This document shows, one piece after another, positions 38,612-48,653 of a stretch of DNA of 64,000 bases; positions within the stretch are counted from its first letter, which is position 1, and every line of letters starts with the position of its first letter. The translations under genes were made by a program, and so were the position numbers. This DNA is from an uncultured Candidatus Binatia bacterium (lineage in GTDB: Bacteria; Desulfobacterota; Binatia; Bin18): contig OZ241744.1 of NCBI GenBank assembly GCA_965200965.1, positions 1,632,001 to 1,696,000 of the forward strand. The letters run 5' to 3'. The notes under the pieces are model-generated. The model made no database searches. It had not been told where the DNA came from and saw only the letters and a list, made by a program, of their open reading frames with translations.

Positions 38612-39943
38612 ATGAAACTCGCCTATTTCACCGAGCGGCCCTACCGCTGGCTTGATGAGGACGAGGTCCTCAAAAACAAAGCCTTTTTCGCCCTGTCGAA
38701 TCAACATTTCGACCACCACAAAGCTGCCGACGACTACAACTATTTCCTGGACGAATACTGCTACGCCGAGGAACTGGGCTTTGACGCGGTGGCCCTCAAC
38801 GAGCACCACGGCAACCCCTTCTGTATGGGCAGCGTGATGAATGTCGAGGCGTCCATCTTGGCCCGCATCACCAGCAAGGTCAAAATCGTCCTCATCGGCA
38901 ACCCCCTGCCAGTCATCAAACACCCGCTGCGCATGGCCGAGGAACTGGCCGAGATTGACCTGATCTCGCGCGGGCGGCTGGTAACGGGCTGGGTGCGCGG
39001 GGCCGGCAGCGAGCAGTTTTTCAACAATGCCAATCCGGCCTACAACCGGGAGATGTTCAACGAGGCCCACGACTTCATCGTTCAGGCCTGGACCAGACCC
39101 GGCCCGTGGCGCTACGAGGGCAAACACTTCCACTACCGCCACGTCAACCCCTGGGCCCTGCCCTACCAGAAGCCTCACCCGCCGATGTGGATTCCGGGCG
39201 TCCTGAGCCCGGAGACCGTGCTCTGGTGCGCCCAGCATCGCTATCCCTACATCGGCCTTGGTACCGCGCTCGGCCCGACCTGTGACCTGTGGGACATCTA
39301 TGCCGACGAGGCGGCCAAGCTCGGCTACCAAGCCGGTCCAGAAAACTTTGGCTATCTGATCCCCAGCTTTGTGGCCGAAACCGACGAAAAAGCCCAAGAG
39401 TTGGGCAGGAATTTTGTGTACGGCGGCGGACAAAACGCCTTTTCGCGGCCCGAACATACCCTGCCGCCCGGCTATAACTCCAAAGGCGCAATCAAGATGC
39501 TGGCCCGCCACCCGGGCGGCAGCTGGCTGGGGGTGAACCCCGACAAGCTGCGGGAGGCCAAGGACGGCGAACTGCGGCCGGAGACCGATTACGGCGTGGT
39601 CCGCAAAAAGCTCCTGTCCGGCTACCAGAAGGTGCAGAACAACCACCAGCTCATCATCGGCTCGCCCAAAACCGTACTCCCCAAGCTGAAACTCCTGCTC
39701 CAGATCCTGCGACCGGGCGTGTTTGTGTTCTTCAACATCCAGGGCAAGGTCAGCAACGAAGACCGGCTGACCAGCATGCGGCTGATCGCCAATGAGGTCA
39801 TGCCCGAGCTGCGGGAATATGCCAAAGAGATTGACCTGCCCGATTCATACCAGCGTACCCCCGGCTCGGTCGCTCTCCAGACCGGGGTGTCACCGGCCCC
39901 GGTGGCCGACCGAGGGCCGCTGGAGGAGCTGGCTTTGCGCTGA
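38612..39943 (+). CDS. LLM-class flavin-dependent oxidoreductase
   Basis: GFDAVALNEHH, PLRMAEELAEIDLISRGRL, PYQKPHPPMWIPG. Confidence 0.9.
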   Translation: MKLAYFTERPYRWLDEDEVLKNKAFFALSNQHFDHHKAADDYNYFLDEYCYAEELGFDAVALNEHHGNPFCMGSVMNVEASILARITSKVKIVLIGNPLPVIKHPLRMAEELAEIDLISRGRLVTGWVRGAGSEQFFNNANPAYNREMFNEAHDFIVQAWTRPGPWRYEGKHFHYRHVNPWALPYQKPHPPMWIPGVLSPETVLWCAQHRYPYIGLGTALGPTCDLWDIYADEAAKLGYQAGPENFGYLIPSFVAETDEKAQELGRNFVYGGGQNAFSRPEHTLPPGYNSKGAIKMLARHPGGSWLGVNPDKLREAKDGELRPETDYGVVRKKLLSGYQKVQNNHQLIIGSPKTVLPKLKLLLQILRPGVFVFFNIQGKVSNEDRLTSMRLIANEVMPELREYAKEIDLPDSYQRTPGSVALQTGVSPAPVADRGPLEELALR

Positions 39944-39986
39944 CCCCGGCGCGTGATCGAGTGGCGGTGAATGTGGAGGAGGAATC

Positions 39987-41690
39987 ATGCAGTCGGTGGA
40001 TATGCGGCGGGGCGTTCTCGCCGCCCTGCTTGGAATCGTATTCGTCCTGCTGCCCGGCGCGCTCCAGGCCGGGCAGCCACCCTCACCCTTTCCCTATCCG
40101 CCCGCCCTCAAACCCCAGGTCGAGTTCTGGAAGCGGGTGTTCACCAGTTCCAAACAGACGGTTCTTTTGCACGACAGCGTCCACATGCTGGTCTACAAGG
40201 AGCTGGACCTGCGCCCCCTGTACCAGAAATACGCAGACAGGCCAAACACTCTCGCCCGTCTCAGAAAAAAGCGCATCGGGCGTGAACTCAAAGCCATCCG
40301 GGCGAGCCTGCGCAAGCTGCACCGCTCGGCCAAGAGCGCCCGACTGAGCGTGCAAGAACAGCGCATCCGGCGACTGTTCAGCGCCGTCAGCGGGTCCAAC
40401 AAGTTTCGTCACGCCGCGGCCGAGGGCCGGGTTCGGGCGCAGACCGGCATCAGAGAAAAATTTCACCGCGGCCTTGAGATATCGGGCCGCTATATGGACG
40501 AGATGGAAGCCATCTTCCAGCGCGCCGGCCTGCCGACCGAACTGACCCGGCTGCCGCTGATCGAATCTACGTTCAACATCCGCGCCTACTCCAGAGTCGG
40601 GGCCGCGGGGGTGTGGCAGTTCATGCCCGTGACCGGACGGCAGTTCATGCGGATCGATGGACTGATTGACGAGCGTCGCGACCCGCTCATCTCGGCCCAG
40701 GCTGCGGCCAAGCTGCTCAAAGCGAACTATGCAAGACTTGGCACCTGGCCGCTGGCCATTACCGCCTATAACCACGGGCCAGCCGGCATGGCCAGAGCGG
40801 TCAGGCAGGTCGGCAGCACCGATATTGTCCGTATCATCCGTTCCTATAAGAGCCGCACCTTCGGTTTTGCCTCGCGCAACTTCTACGCCGAGTTTCTAGC
40901 CGCGGTCGAAGTGGAAAAAAACGCGGCCGACTACTTCGACACCCTCAAGCATGAGGCACCCCTCCGCTATGACGAAGTGGCCCTGGACCGCTATCTGTCG
41001 CTGGGGCTGGCGGCGCGCTGCGCCAGCATTTCACCCGAGCGGCTGCTTGACTTCAACCCGGCCCTCGGCCGGGCCATCCGCCAAGGCCGGCGCTCCATCC
41101 CCCGCGGCTACCGCCTGCGTATCCCGGACGGCATGGCGGCGCATTTCCGCCGCCAGTACGCAGCCCTGGAGACCAATACACACACCGTCCAGCCCGGCCA
41201 GAACCTTGCCCTCATCGCCCAACACCACGGGACCAGCGTCAGGACGCTGCAACAGATCAACAACATCCGCAATGCCAACTTCATCCGGGTCGGCCAGCGC
41301 CTCCTGCTGCCCCAGCCCAAGGGGACGACCGCCCTTGCCCAGGTGCCCGTTGCCCCGGCCCGCCAAGCTCAGGCCAAATCCGCCCGTTCAGCATACGCCC
41401 ATACGGTTCGCCGCGGTCAGACCCTCGGGGCCATTGCCCGCCGCTACCGAACGAGCGTCACCACGCTCAAAGAACTCAACGGCATCAAGCGGGTGAACAC
41501 CATCTACCCCGGCCAGCAACTCCGCCTGCCCGGCGGCTACACCACACACACAGTCCAACGCGGTCAGACCCTCGGGGCCATTGCCCGCCGCTACCGAACG
41601 AGCGTTACCACGCTCAAACGCCTGAACGGGATCAGGAACCCCCGCTTATTGCGGATCGGTCAGACCTTGCGCGTACCCCTGAGTTATTGA
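39987..41690 (+). CDS. Lytic transglycosylase (SLT/MltD-like) with three LysM domains
   Basis: LIESTF, GAAGVWQFMP, AITAYNHG and three HTV..G.TL..IA repeats. Confidence 0.92.
   Translation: MQSVDMRRGVLAALLGIVFVLLPGALQAGQPPSPFPYPPALKPQVEFWKRVFTSSKQTVLLHDSVHMLVYKELDLRPLYQKYADRPNTLARLRKKRIGRELKAIRASLRKLHRSAKSARLSVQEQRIRRLFSAVSGSNKFRHAAAEGRVRAQTGIREKFHRGLEISGRYMDEMEAIFQRAGLPTELTRLPLIESTFNIRAYSRVGAAGVWQFMPVTGRQFMRIDGLIDERRDPLISAQAAAKLLKANYARLGTWPLAITAYNHGPAGMARAVRQVGSTDIVRIIRSYKSRTFGFASRNFYAEFLAAVEVEKNAADYFDTLKHEAPLRYDEVALDRYLSLGLAARCASISPERLLDFNPALGRAIRQGRRSIPRGYRLRIPDGMAAHFRRQYAALETNTHTVQPGQNLALIAQHHGTSVRTLQQINNIRNANFIRVGQRLLLPQPKGTTALAQVPVAPARQAQAKSARSAYAHTVRRGQTLGAIARRYRTSVTTLKELNGIKRVNTIYPGQQLRLPGGYTTHTVQRGQTLGAIARRYRTSVTTLKRLNGIRNPRLLRIGQTLRVPLSY
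41412..41618 (+). repeat. Near-identical 60-bp direct repeats (41412-41471 and 41559-41618) encoding LysM2/LysM3
   Basis: cgcggtcagaccctcggggccattgcccgccgctaccgaacgagcgt(c/t)accacgctcaaa occurs twice with one mismatch. Confidence 0.9.
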
Positions 41691-41764
41691 CGCGCTCTCG
41701 TCCCGCCCCGACCCGCAAAGGGCATTCCCCCGCTTTTCTGGCTGTGCTATGGCCTCTGGCACAA

Positions 41765-42427
41765 ATGGGCTACTATCCGATTTTTGTTGACCTCAGCGGT
41801 CAAGCGTGCTTAGTCGTCGGGGGCGAGAGGGTCGCTGAGCGCAAAGTTGCGACTTTGCTCAACGCCCGAGCCCGGGTCAGCGTGATCAGCCCGACGCTGA
41901 CCCGGCAACTCAAGGTCTGGACCGCCGAACTCCGCATCACGATCGAGCAGCGTGTATACCAGCACGGCGATATGCGCGGCTTCCGGCTGGTATTTGCGGC
42001 CACCTCAGACCAGAGCCTGCACCGCCGCCTGGCCGCAGAGGCGCAGGCCACCGGCGTGTTGCTGAACATCGTTGATCGCCCGGCCCTGTGTTCGTTTATC
42101 GTCCCTGCGGTGGTCTCCCAGGGCGATCTGAGCATTGCCATTTCCACTGGCGGCGCAAGCCCGGCCCTGGCCAGAAAAATCCGCCGTCAACTGGCCGCAG
42201 ATTTTGGGCCAGAGTACGCCGAGGCCCTCCACCTGCTGGCCCGGGTCCGGGAGCGGGTGGCCCAAGCGGGCCTGTCGAGCCAGGAACGGCGGCAACGTTT
42301 TCACGCCCTGGTCAATTCTCCCCTGCTTGACTATCTCCGCGAGAGGAAAATTGATAAGCTCAACGCCCTGTTGCATGCAACCCTCGGAGAAGCCTACGGC
42401 TTGGATCAACTCGATTTTCGGGTCTGA
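41765..42427 (+). CDS. Precorrin-2 dehydrogenase/sirohydrochlorin ferrochelatase (SirC/Met8p-like, CysG N-terminal type)
   Basis: YYPIF, LVVGG..VAERK, NIVDRP..CSFIVP, ISTGGASPALA. Confidence 0.9.
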   Translation: MGYYPIFVDLSGQACLVVGGERVAERKVATLLNARARVSVISPTLTRQLKVWTAELRITIEQRVYQHGDMRGFRLVFAATSDQSLHRRLAAEAQATGVLLNIVDRPALCSFIVPAVVSQGDLSIAISTGGASPALARKIRRQLAADFGPEYAEALHLLARVRERVAQAGLSSQERRQRFHALVNSPLLDYLRERKIDKLNALLHATLGEAYGLDQLDFRV

Positions 42428-42430
42428 CCG

Positions 42431-43246
42431 GTGGAAATTGTCCTGCTCACATCGGCCCTTGTCTTCTACCTGCTGAGCACCGCAGGTTTCCTGCTCGCCC
42501 TGCTGTCGGCCCAGCAGACCTTTCTGCGCATCGCGCCCGGCCTGCTGTTAGTCGCCTGTGCCGCCCATGCCGGGGCGATTGCGGCTCGCTCCCTGTCGGT
42601 CGGCTATATTGCGGTCACCAATCCGTATGAGGCTGTGTCTTTTTTCACTTGGATGACGAGCGGTCTGTTTCTGCTGGTGCAGTGGCGCTCGTCCCTGACC
42701 GTGCTCGGCGCGGTGGTCAGCCCGATTGGCTTTATCCTGACCCTGGGGGTGTTTGTCTTGTATACCCAGGCACGGGCGCTGCCGCCGGCCCTCCAGAGCA
42801 GCTGGCTGCCTGTGCATGTGACGCTCGCCTTCCTGGGCAATGCCGTTTTCTGTGTCGCCTTTTTTGCCAGCCTGATCTATGTATTTCAAGAAAAACAGAT
42901 CAAGGGCAAAAAAATCGGTGGCATTTTCCGCCATCTGCCCGCCCTGGAAACCCTCGACAAGCTGAACTATCGCTCCCTGTCGTGGGGCTTTCCGCTCCTG
43001 ACCCTGGGCATTGTCAGCGGCGCGGTGTGGGCCCGGCACGCCTGGGGCCATTTCTGGATTTGGGAGCCGCGCCCGGTGTTATCCCTGCTCAGTTGGGTCT
43101 TGTACGCCTTCCTGCTCCACTATCGCAGCGTGGGCTGGCGTGGACGCCGCGCCGCGACCTTGACCATTGTGTGCTTTACCGTGCTCCTGGTCTCGTTCCT
43201 GGGGGTTCGGCTCTTGCCGGGTCGGCATGGAGGCGAATTTGGTTAG
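42431..43246 (+). CDS. ccsA: Cytochrome c assembly protein (CcsA/HemX family)
   Basis: WLPVHV, LETLDKL, GFPLLTLG..SGAVWA...WG.FW.WEP (WWD-like domain). Confidence 0.85.
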   Translation: MEIVLLTSALVFYLLSTAGFLLALLSAQQTFLRIAPGLLLVACAAHAGAIAARSLSVGYIAVTNPYEAVSFFTWMTSGLFLLVQWRSSLTVLGAVVSPIGFILTLGVFVLYTQARALPPALQSSWLPVHVTLAFLGNAVFCVAFFASLIYVFQEKQIKGKKIGGIFRHLPALETLDKLNYRSLSWGFPLLTLGIVSGAVWARHAWGHFWIWEPRPVLSLLSWVLYAFLLHYRSVGWRGRRAATLTIVCFTVLLVSFLGVRLLPGRHGGEFG

Positions 43247-44537
43247 CCCAGACCCCAGCCTGATGGTTGTTGGCCTCAACCATCACACGACCCCGGTTGA
43301 GGTCCGCGAGAAGCTGGCCTTCAGCGAGGGGATGCTGCGCCACGCCCTCCCCCGCTTAGTCGCCGCCCCCAGCATTCAGGAAGGCGCGATTGTCTCGACC
43401 TGCAACCGGGTCGAAGTCGTGGCCTGGACCCACGATCGGCGACAGGCCGGCCAGCACATCAAAACCTTTTTAGCCCAGGAGCAGGGCTTGCCGCTCCAGC
43501 TATTTGAAACCCATCTGTACACCCATACCGACCGAGAGGCCGTCAGACACATGTTCCGGGTCGCCTCCAGCCTCGATTCCCTGGTCGTGGGCGAACCCCA
43601 GATTCTCGGCCAGATCAAAGATGCTTACGCCGCCTCGGCCTCGATCGGCACGCTGGGCACGGTTCTCCACCGCTGGTTCCACAAGGCGTTTTCGGTCGCC
43701 AAACGCGTGCGCAGTGAAACCGGCATTGCGGCCAAATCCGTCTCGGTCAGCTCGGTGGCGGTTGAGTTGGCGTGTCGGATTTTTGACCAACTCAGCGACA
43801 AAACCGCGCTGGTCATTGGCGTGGGAGAGATGAGCCAGCAGACCATCCGCCACCTCCAGGACAAGGCCATTGGCACGCTCCTCATCACCAACCGCACCTT
43901 CCAGCGGGCGGTCGAGTTGGCCAGCGTGTGCGCCGGAACAGTTGTGCCGTTTGAGCAGTTTCCCCGACAACTCCACTTGGCCGATGTGGTGATCGGCTCG
44001 GCCGGTGGCAGCGTCCATCACCTGACTTCAGACCTTGTCCTCGAGGCCCTGCACGAGCGCAAACGGCGGCCCATGTTTTTGATCGATCTTGGTGTGCCGC
44101 GCAATTTTGACCCACGCCTCAACAACCTGGAGAATGTGTTTCTGTACGATATTGACGACTTGGAACAGATCGTCGCCGACCATAAGGGCGAGCGTGTGCG
44201 TGAGGCACGCAAGGCCGAGGCTATTGTCAGCCAAGAAGTCGAAGCCTTCTGGCACTGGTATGCATGTCGAGACCTCAGCCCGACCATCGTCGCCCTGCGC
44301 CACAAGGCCGAAGCCATGCGCAAGCACGAGCTCGAAAAAGCCCTGGCCGGGCTCAAAGACTGCTCGCCTGAGGTGCGCCGCGCGATCGAAGGGCTGAGTG
44401 TGTCGCTGATGAACAAGCTGTTGCACCCGCCGATTGGCTATCTGAAAAACCACAGCCGGAATGGCGATGCCGAGGCCGGCGCAACAAGTGTGACCGCGGT
44501 GCGGCAGATGTTTGGGCTGGATGGCGCGCAAGACTGA
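43227..44537 (+). CDS. hemA: Glutamyl-tRNA reductase
   Basis: GLNH..TPVEVRE, STCNR, SLDSLVVGEPQILGQ, IGVGEM, DLGVPRN. Start may instead be TTG at 43239. Confidence 0.95.
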   Translation: MEANLVSPDPSLMVVGLNHHTTPVEVREKLAFSEGMLRHALPRLVAAPSIQEGAIVSTCNRVEVVAWTHDRRQAGQHIKTFLAQEQGLPLQLFETHLYTHTDREAVRHMFRVASSLDSLVVGEPQILGQIKDAYAASASIGTLGTVLHRWFHKAFSVAKRVRSETGIAAKSVSVSSVAVELACRIFDQLSDKTALVIGVGEMSQQTIRHLQDKAIGTLLITNRTFQRAVELASVCAGTVVPFEQFPRQLHLADVVIGSAGGSVHHLTSDLVLEALHERKRRPMFLIDLGVPRNFDPRLNNLENVFLYDIDDLEQIVADHKGERVREARKAEAIVSQEVEAFWHWYACRDLSPTIVALRHKAEAMRKHELEKALAGLKDCSPEVRRAIEGLSVSLMNKLLHPPIGYLKNHSRNGDAEAGATSVTAVRQMFGLDGAQD

Positions 44538-44541
44538 AAAC

Positions 44542-45462
44542 ATGCCTCCCAGCGTTCGCATTGGCACCCGGGGCAGCACCCTGGCCGTGTGGCAGGCCGG
44601 CTGGGTCAAACAGCGGCTCGAAGCCCACTGGCCGGAGATCCGGGTTGAACTCGTACCAATCACCACCTCAGGCGATAGAATCCAGCACATCCCACTGTCC
44701 CAGCTCGGCGGCAAGGGCCTGTTTGTCAAAGAAATCGAACAGGCCCTGCTGGACGGGGAAGTCGATCTGGCCGTCCACTCGGTCAAAGACCTGCCGGCCG
44801 AGTTGCCGCCCGGACTCAGCCTGAGCGCGATTCCCGAACGGGAAGACCCCCGCGACGTGCTCATCTCGGCCGGCGGCTCATCACTGGCCGATCTGCCGGA
44901 CGGCAGCCGTGTCGGCACCAGCAGCCTGCGCCGCCAAGCCCTGCTCCTGCATCTACGTCCCGGCCTGCGGATCGAAGTGCTGCGGGGCAATGTGGAAACC
45001 CGCCTGCGCGGCCAGCTCGAAGGCCGGGTAGACGCCACTGTTTTAGCCGCCGCGGGACTCAAACGGCTGGGTCTCAGGCTCAAAAACAGCTACCCGCTCG
45101 ACGCCGAGGAATTCTTGCCGGCCATCGGCCAAGGCGCGCTGGGCATTGAGATCCGTACCGGAGACACGGTCGAAGCCCTGCTCGCCCCCCTGCATCACAC
45201 CGACGCAGCGCGCACGGTTGAGGCCGAGCGTGCCTTTCTCAGCGGCATGGGCGGGAGCTGCCGGACGCCCCTGGCCGCCAAGGCGACAGCCGCCAAGGGG
45301 ATCCTGCGGCTGAGTGCTCTGGTTGCCAGCCCAGACGGCACACGCCTGCTGCGGCAGGAGCGCAGCGGTCCGGTCGAGACCGCCGCACACATCGGGGCCG
45401 TGGTCGCCGAAACCCTGCTCGCCCGGGGCGGACGAGAAATACTGGCGGCCCTGGAGGTGTGA
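44542..45462 (+). CDS. hemC: Hydroxymethylbilane synthase
   Basis: IGTRGS.LA, GGKGLFVKE, AVHSVKD, GTSSLRR, LRGNV, GGSCRTP. Confidence 0.96.
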   Translation: MPPSVRIGTRGSTLAVWQAGWVKQRLEAHWPEIRVELVPITTSGDRIQHIPLSQLGGKGLFVKEIEQALLDGEVDLAVHSVKDLPAELPPGLSLSAIPEREDPRDVLISAGGSSLADLPDGSRVGTSSLRRQALLLHLRPGLRIEVLRGNVETRLRGQLEGRVDATVLAAAGLKRLGLRLKNSYPLDAEEFLPAIGQGALGIEIRTGDTVEALLAPLHHTDAARTVEAERAFLSGMGGSCRTPLAAKATAAKGILRLSALVASPDGTRLLRQERSGPVETAAHIGAVVAETLLARGGREILAALEV

Positions 45463-46985
45463 GCCACATGCCCGTCTATCTGGTTGGCGCGGGTCCCGGC
45501 GACCCAGGTCTGCTCACCCTCAAGGCCAAACGCTGCCTGGAGCAGGCCGATGTTGTGGTGTACGATTATCTGGTTGACCAGCGCATCCTGGCCTACGCCC
45601 GCCCCGGGGCCGAGCTGATCTACGCCGGCAAACGCCGCGGCAAGGCAGCCATGAGTCAGGCCGCCATCAATCGGCTGATGGTGGACCGGGCCGGCCAGGG
45701 ACAGACGCTTGTGCGGCTCAAGGGCGGTGACCCCTTCCTGTTTGGGCGGGGTGGCGAAGAGGCCCAGGAGCTCCTCAAGGCCGCCCTTCCGTTTGAGATT
45801 GTTCCGGGCGTCACCTCAGCGCTGGCCGTGCCGGCCTACGCCGGGATTCCACTCACCCACCGCGATCACGCCTCCGCGGTGGCGATTGTCAGCGGCCACA
45901 AAGAAGTCTGGGACACCGCTCCGCACCTCAACTGGGCTACCCTGGCCGGGGTCGGCGGCACACTGGTGTTCCTCATGGGTACCCGACAGCTCCGCAATAA
46001 TATGCGGCGTTTGATGCACTACCAGCTGCCCGGCCACACCCCGGTTGCCCTGATTCGGTGGGGCACGCGGCCCGATCAAGATGTGCTGGTCGGCACGGTT
46101 GAGACGATTGCCGATCTGGCTGAGCAGCGGGGATTTGAACCACCGGCGGTGGCGGTGGTCGGCCAAGTGGTCGAGCTGCGCCAACAGCTACGCTGGTTTG
46201 AGACCAAGCCCTTGTTCGGTCGGCGCATCGTCGTCACCCGGCCGCGTCTTCAGGCCGGCGGCTTTGTTGAGCAGCTTGAACAGCAGGGGGCGGCCGTGGT
46301 CCAGTTGCCGACCATTGAAACCGTGCCGCTTGCATCTTCCCAAGGGCTGGACGCCGCCCTGGACGCGCTGCCGAGCTATGACTGGGCCATTTTTACCAGC
46401 GTCAACGGCGTGCGCTATGTCTTTGAGCGCTTCGCCCACCGCCGGCACGACATTCGGAGACTGGCCGGCGTGCGCCTGGCAGCGATTGGTCCGCAGACAG
46501 CCCACGCCCTGGAAGCCCGGCATCTCCGGGTTGAGGCAATGCCGGCAGAGTACCGCGCCGAAGCTCTGCTGCCGGCACTCGGCAATGTCGCCGGTCAGCG
46601 GATTCTCCTGCCGCGGGCGGCCGAAGCGCGGGAGGTCCTGCCCACCGAGTTGCGCGCCGCGGGGGCCAAGGTCGATGAAATTGCGGTCTACAAGACCGTT
46701 CGCCCCCCCACCCAGACCGAGGAGTTGCGCCGGCTGCTGCACACCCGTCAGGTCGATCTGATCACCTTCACCAGCTCCAGCACAGTGCACAACTTCATGG
46801 CCGCGTTTGCCGACCGGGACATACCGACCCTGCTCGGCAGGACGGTGCTGGGCTGTATCGGACCGATTACCGCGGCTACGCTCCGGGGCTATGGCCTGCG
46901 GGTACGCGTCCAGCCCCAGCAGTATACCATTGCCGCTTTCAGCCAGGCGATTGTGGACTATTTTCAGAAGGAGGACGACCCATGA
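45459..46985 (+). CDS. Bifunctional uroporphyrinogen-III C-methyltransferase / uroporphyrinogen-III synthase (CobA-HemD)
   Basis: LVGAGPGDPGLLT and RLKGGDP, followed by PLFG.RIVVTR, FTSVNGV and FTSSSTV. Confidence 0.93.
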   Translation: MSHMPVYLVGAGPGDPGLLTLKAKRCLEQADVVVYDYLVDQRILAYARPGAELIYAGKRRGKAAMSQAAINRLMVDRAGQGQTLVRLKGGDPFLFGRGGEEAQELLKAALPFEIVPGVTSALAVPAYAGIPLTHRDHASAVAIVSGHKEVWDTAPHLNWATLAGVGGTLVFLMGTRQLRNNMRRLMHYQLPGHTPVALIRWGTRPDQDVLVGTVETIADLAEQRGFEPPAVAVVGQVVELRQQLRWFETKPLFGRRIVVTRPRLQAGGFVEQLEQQGAAVVQLPTIETVPLASSQGLDAALDALPSYDWAIFTSVNGVRYVFERFAHRRHDIRRLAGVRLAAIGPQTAHALEARHLRVEAMPAEYRAEALLPALGNVAGQRILLPRAAEAREVLPTELRAAGAKVDEIAVYKTVRPPTQTEELRRLLHTRQVDLITFTSSSTVHNFMAAFADRDIPTLLGRTVLGCIGPITAATLRGYGLRVRVQPQQYTIAAFSQAIVDYFQKEDDP

Positions 46986-47899
46986 AACTCTACCGCTCGG
47001 TTCTGTTTGTCCCTGGCAACCGCCCCGACTGGATTAACAAGGCCCCGACCTACACGCCGGACGCCCTGATTATTGACCTTGAAGACGCGGTGCCGATAGC
47101 CGAAAAGCTCGAGGCCCGCGCCGTCGTGCGGGCTGGCATTGAGCGGCTGCGAGACAACACGGTCGGCGTCTTCGTCCGGGTCAACGGGCTTGATACCGGC
47201 CTGACCGGCGAGGACGTGGAAGCCGTTGTCACCGCCGGGCTTGATGGCATTGCCATCCCCAAGCTCGAAAACGCGGACGAGATCCGGAAAATCGACGCCT
47301 GGATCGAGCTGTTCGAACGCAAGGCCGGCCTAGCCCTTGGCACGGTTGAAATCATGGCCATTCCAGAGACGGCCAAGGGTATTATGAACGCCTACGAGTT
47401 GGCCTCGGCCTGTCCTCGCGTTGGGGCTGTGATCGGGGGCGTTGGCCAACGCTCGGGCGATGTCACCAAAGCAGTCGGTTTCCAGTGGACCCGCGAGGGG
47501 CTGGAGAGCCTGTACATGGGCTCCCACGTCCTGCTGGCCTGTCGGGCGGCCGGCTTTGAGTACCCGCTCGGGGTCGGCTCGCTGGAGGTCGGCGATACCG
47601 AACTGGTCAAGGCCCAGCTCAAGCGCGCCCGCGAGATCGGCTTCCGCGGTGCCCTGCTGATCCATCCCTCCGCGGTACCGCTGGCCAACGAGGTCTTTGC
47701 TCCGTCTGTCCAAGAGATTGAGTGGAACAAGGGCATCTTGCAGGCTATGGCCGAGGCCGAACAGGCCGGCCGCGCCGCGGTGACCTATGACGGCATGATG
47801 ATCGACTACGCCCACGTCAGAAACGCGCTGGACCTGCTCCATCAAGCCGAGGCCTTCGGCCTCGATGTCGGGGAATACGCCGAAGTCAAGGCCCTGTAA
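46982..47899 (+). CDS. CoA-ester lyase (CitE/HpcH family)
   Basis: RSVLFVPGN, IDLEDAV, VRVN, IPK, ETAKG, IHP, DGMMID. Confidence 0.9.
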   Translation: MKLYRSVLFVPGNRPDWINKAPTYTPDALIIDLEDAVPIAEKLEARAVVRAGIERLRDNTVGVFVRVNGLDTGLTGEDVEAVVTAGLDGIAIPKLENADEIRKIDAWIELFERKAGLALGTVEIMAIPETAKGIMNAYELASACPRVGAVIGGVGQRSGDVTKAVGFQWTREGLESLYMGSHVLLACRAAGFEYPLGVGSLEVGDTELVKAQLKRAREIGFRGALLIHPSAVPLANEVFAPSVQEIEWNKGILQAMAEAEQAGRAAVTYDGMMIDYAHVRNALDLLHQAEAFGLDVGEYAEVKAL

Positions 47900-48013
47900 A
47901 AAACCGCGCTCCGGCCACAGCGAAGGCGGGCGTTTTCCAGCTTGCAAAGCCAGTCCGGGAGTGCCAAGCTGGCAGTTGCACGGCACTCCCCGATCGATAT
48001 AATGGAGGCAGAT

Positions 48014-48649
48014 GTGGCCCTGGAAAAGATCACCCATTACTTTGATTACAAAAGCCCCTACGCCTATTTGGCCCAGGAGGCCACCTATCGGCTGGCCCGG
48101 GAGTTTGACATTGCGATCGACTGGCTGCCGCTGACCCTGCACATCCCAAGTTTTCTCGGCTCAGCCGAGGTTGACGCCAGCAGGAAGGTCCTGAGCGAAC
48201 ACCGCAACGCCCACCAGTGGCGACGGGTCAGGTACAGCTATATGGACTGTCGGCGTGAGGCCAACCGGCGGGGGCTGGTCATCCGCGGTCCGCAGAAAAT
48301 CTTTGACAGCTCGATCGCCCACATCGGCATGTTGTACGCCAAACGCCGGGGCGATTTCCGGGTCTACCACGACACGGTGTATGAACGCTTCTGGCGGCGC
48401 GAACTCGACATTGAGAACCCGGACCTCATCGCCTCAGTGCTGACCGAGGTCGGCACCGAGGCCGCGGGCTGGGCCGACTACCTCGCCGGCGAGGGACGCC
48501 AGGAACACGCCCGCGTCATGCGCGAAGCCGAGGCCGACGGCGTGTTTGGCGTGCCGAGCTATGTGCTCAACGGCGAGCTGTTCTGGGGCGCGGAGCGCCT
48601 CGCTCGGGTGCGCGAGCGGCTGGTGGAACACGGCCACACCCCCCGCTAG
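48014..48649 (+). CDS. DsbA-family 2-hydroxychromene-2-carboxylate isomerase-like protein
   Basis: YFDYKSPYAYL, GVFGVPSY, ELFWGAER. GTG start after GGAGG. Confidence 0.85.
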   Translation: MALEKITHYFDYKSPYAYLAQEATYRLAREFDIAIDWLPLTLHIPSFLGSAEVDASRKVLSEHRNAHQWRRVRYSYMDCRREANRRGLVIRGPQKIFDSSIAHIGMLYAKRRGDFRVYHDTVYERFWRRELDIENPDLIASVLTEVGTEAAGWADYLAGEGRQEHARVMREAEADGVFGVPSYVLNGELFWGAERLARVRERLVEHGHTPR

Positions 48650-48653
48650 GCCC

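Noticed and set aside
47976-48003. TTGCAC-N16-TATAAT promoter before the DsbA-like gene
   Set aside because: Plausible, but the spacing is suboptimal and the implied start would fall downstream of the GGAGG RBS. Not supportable without TSS data.
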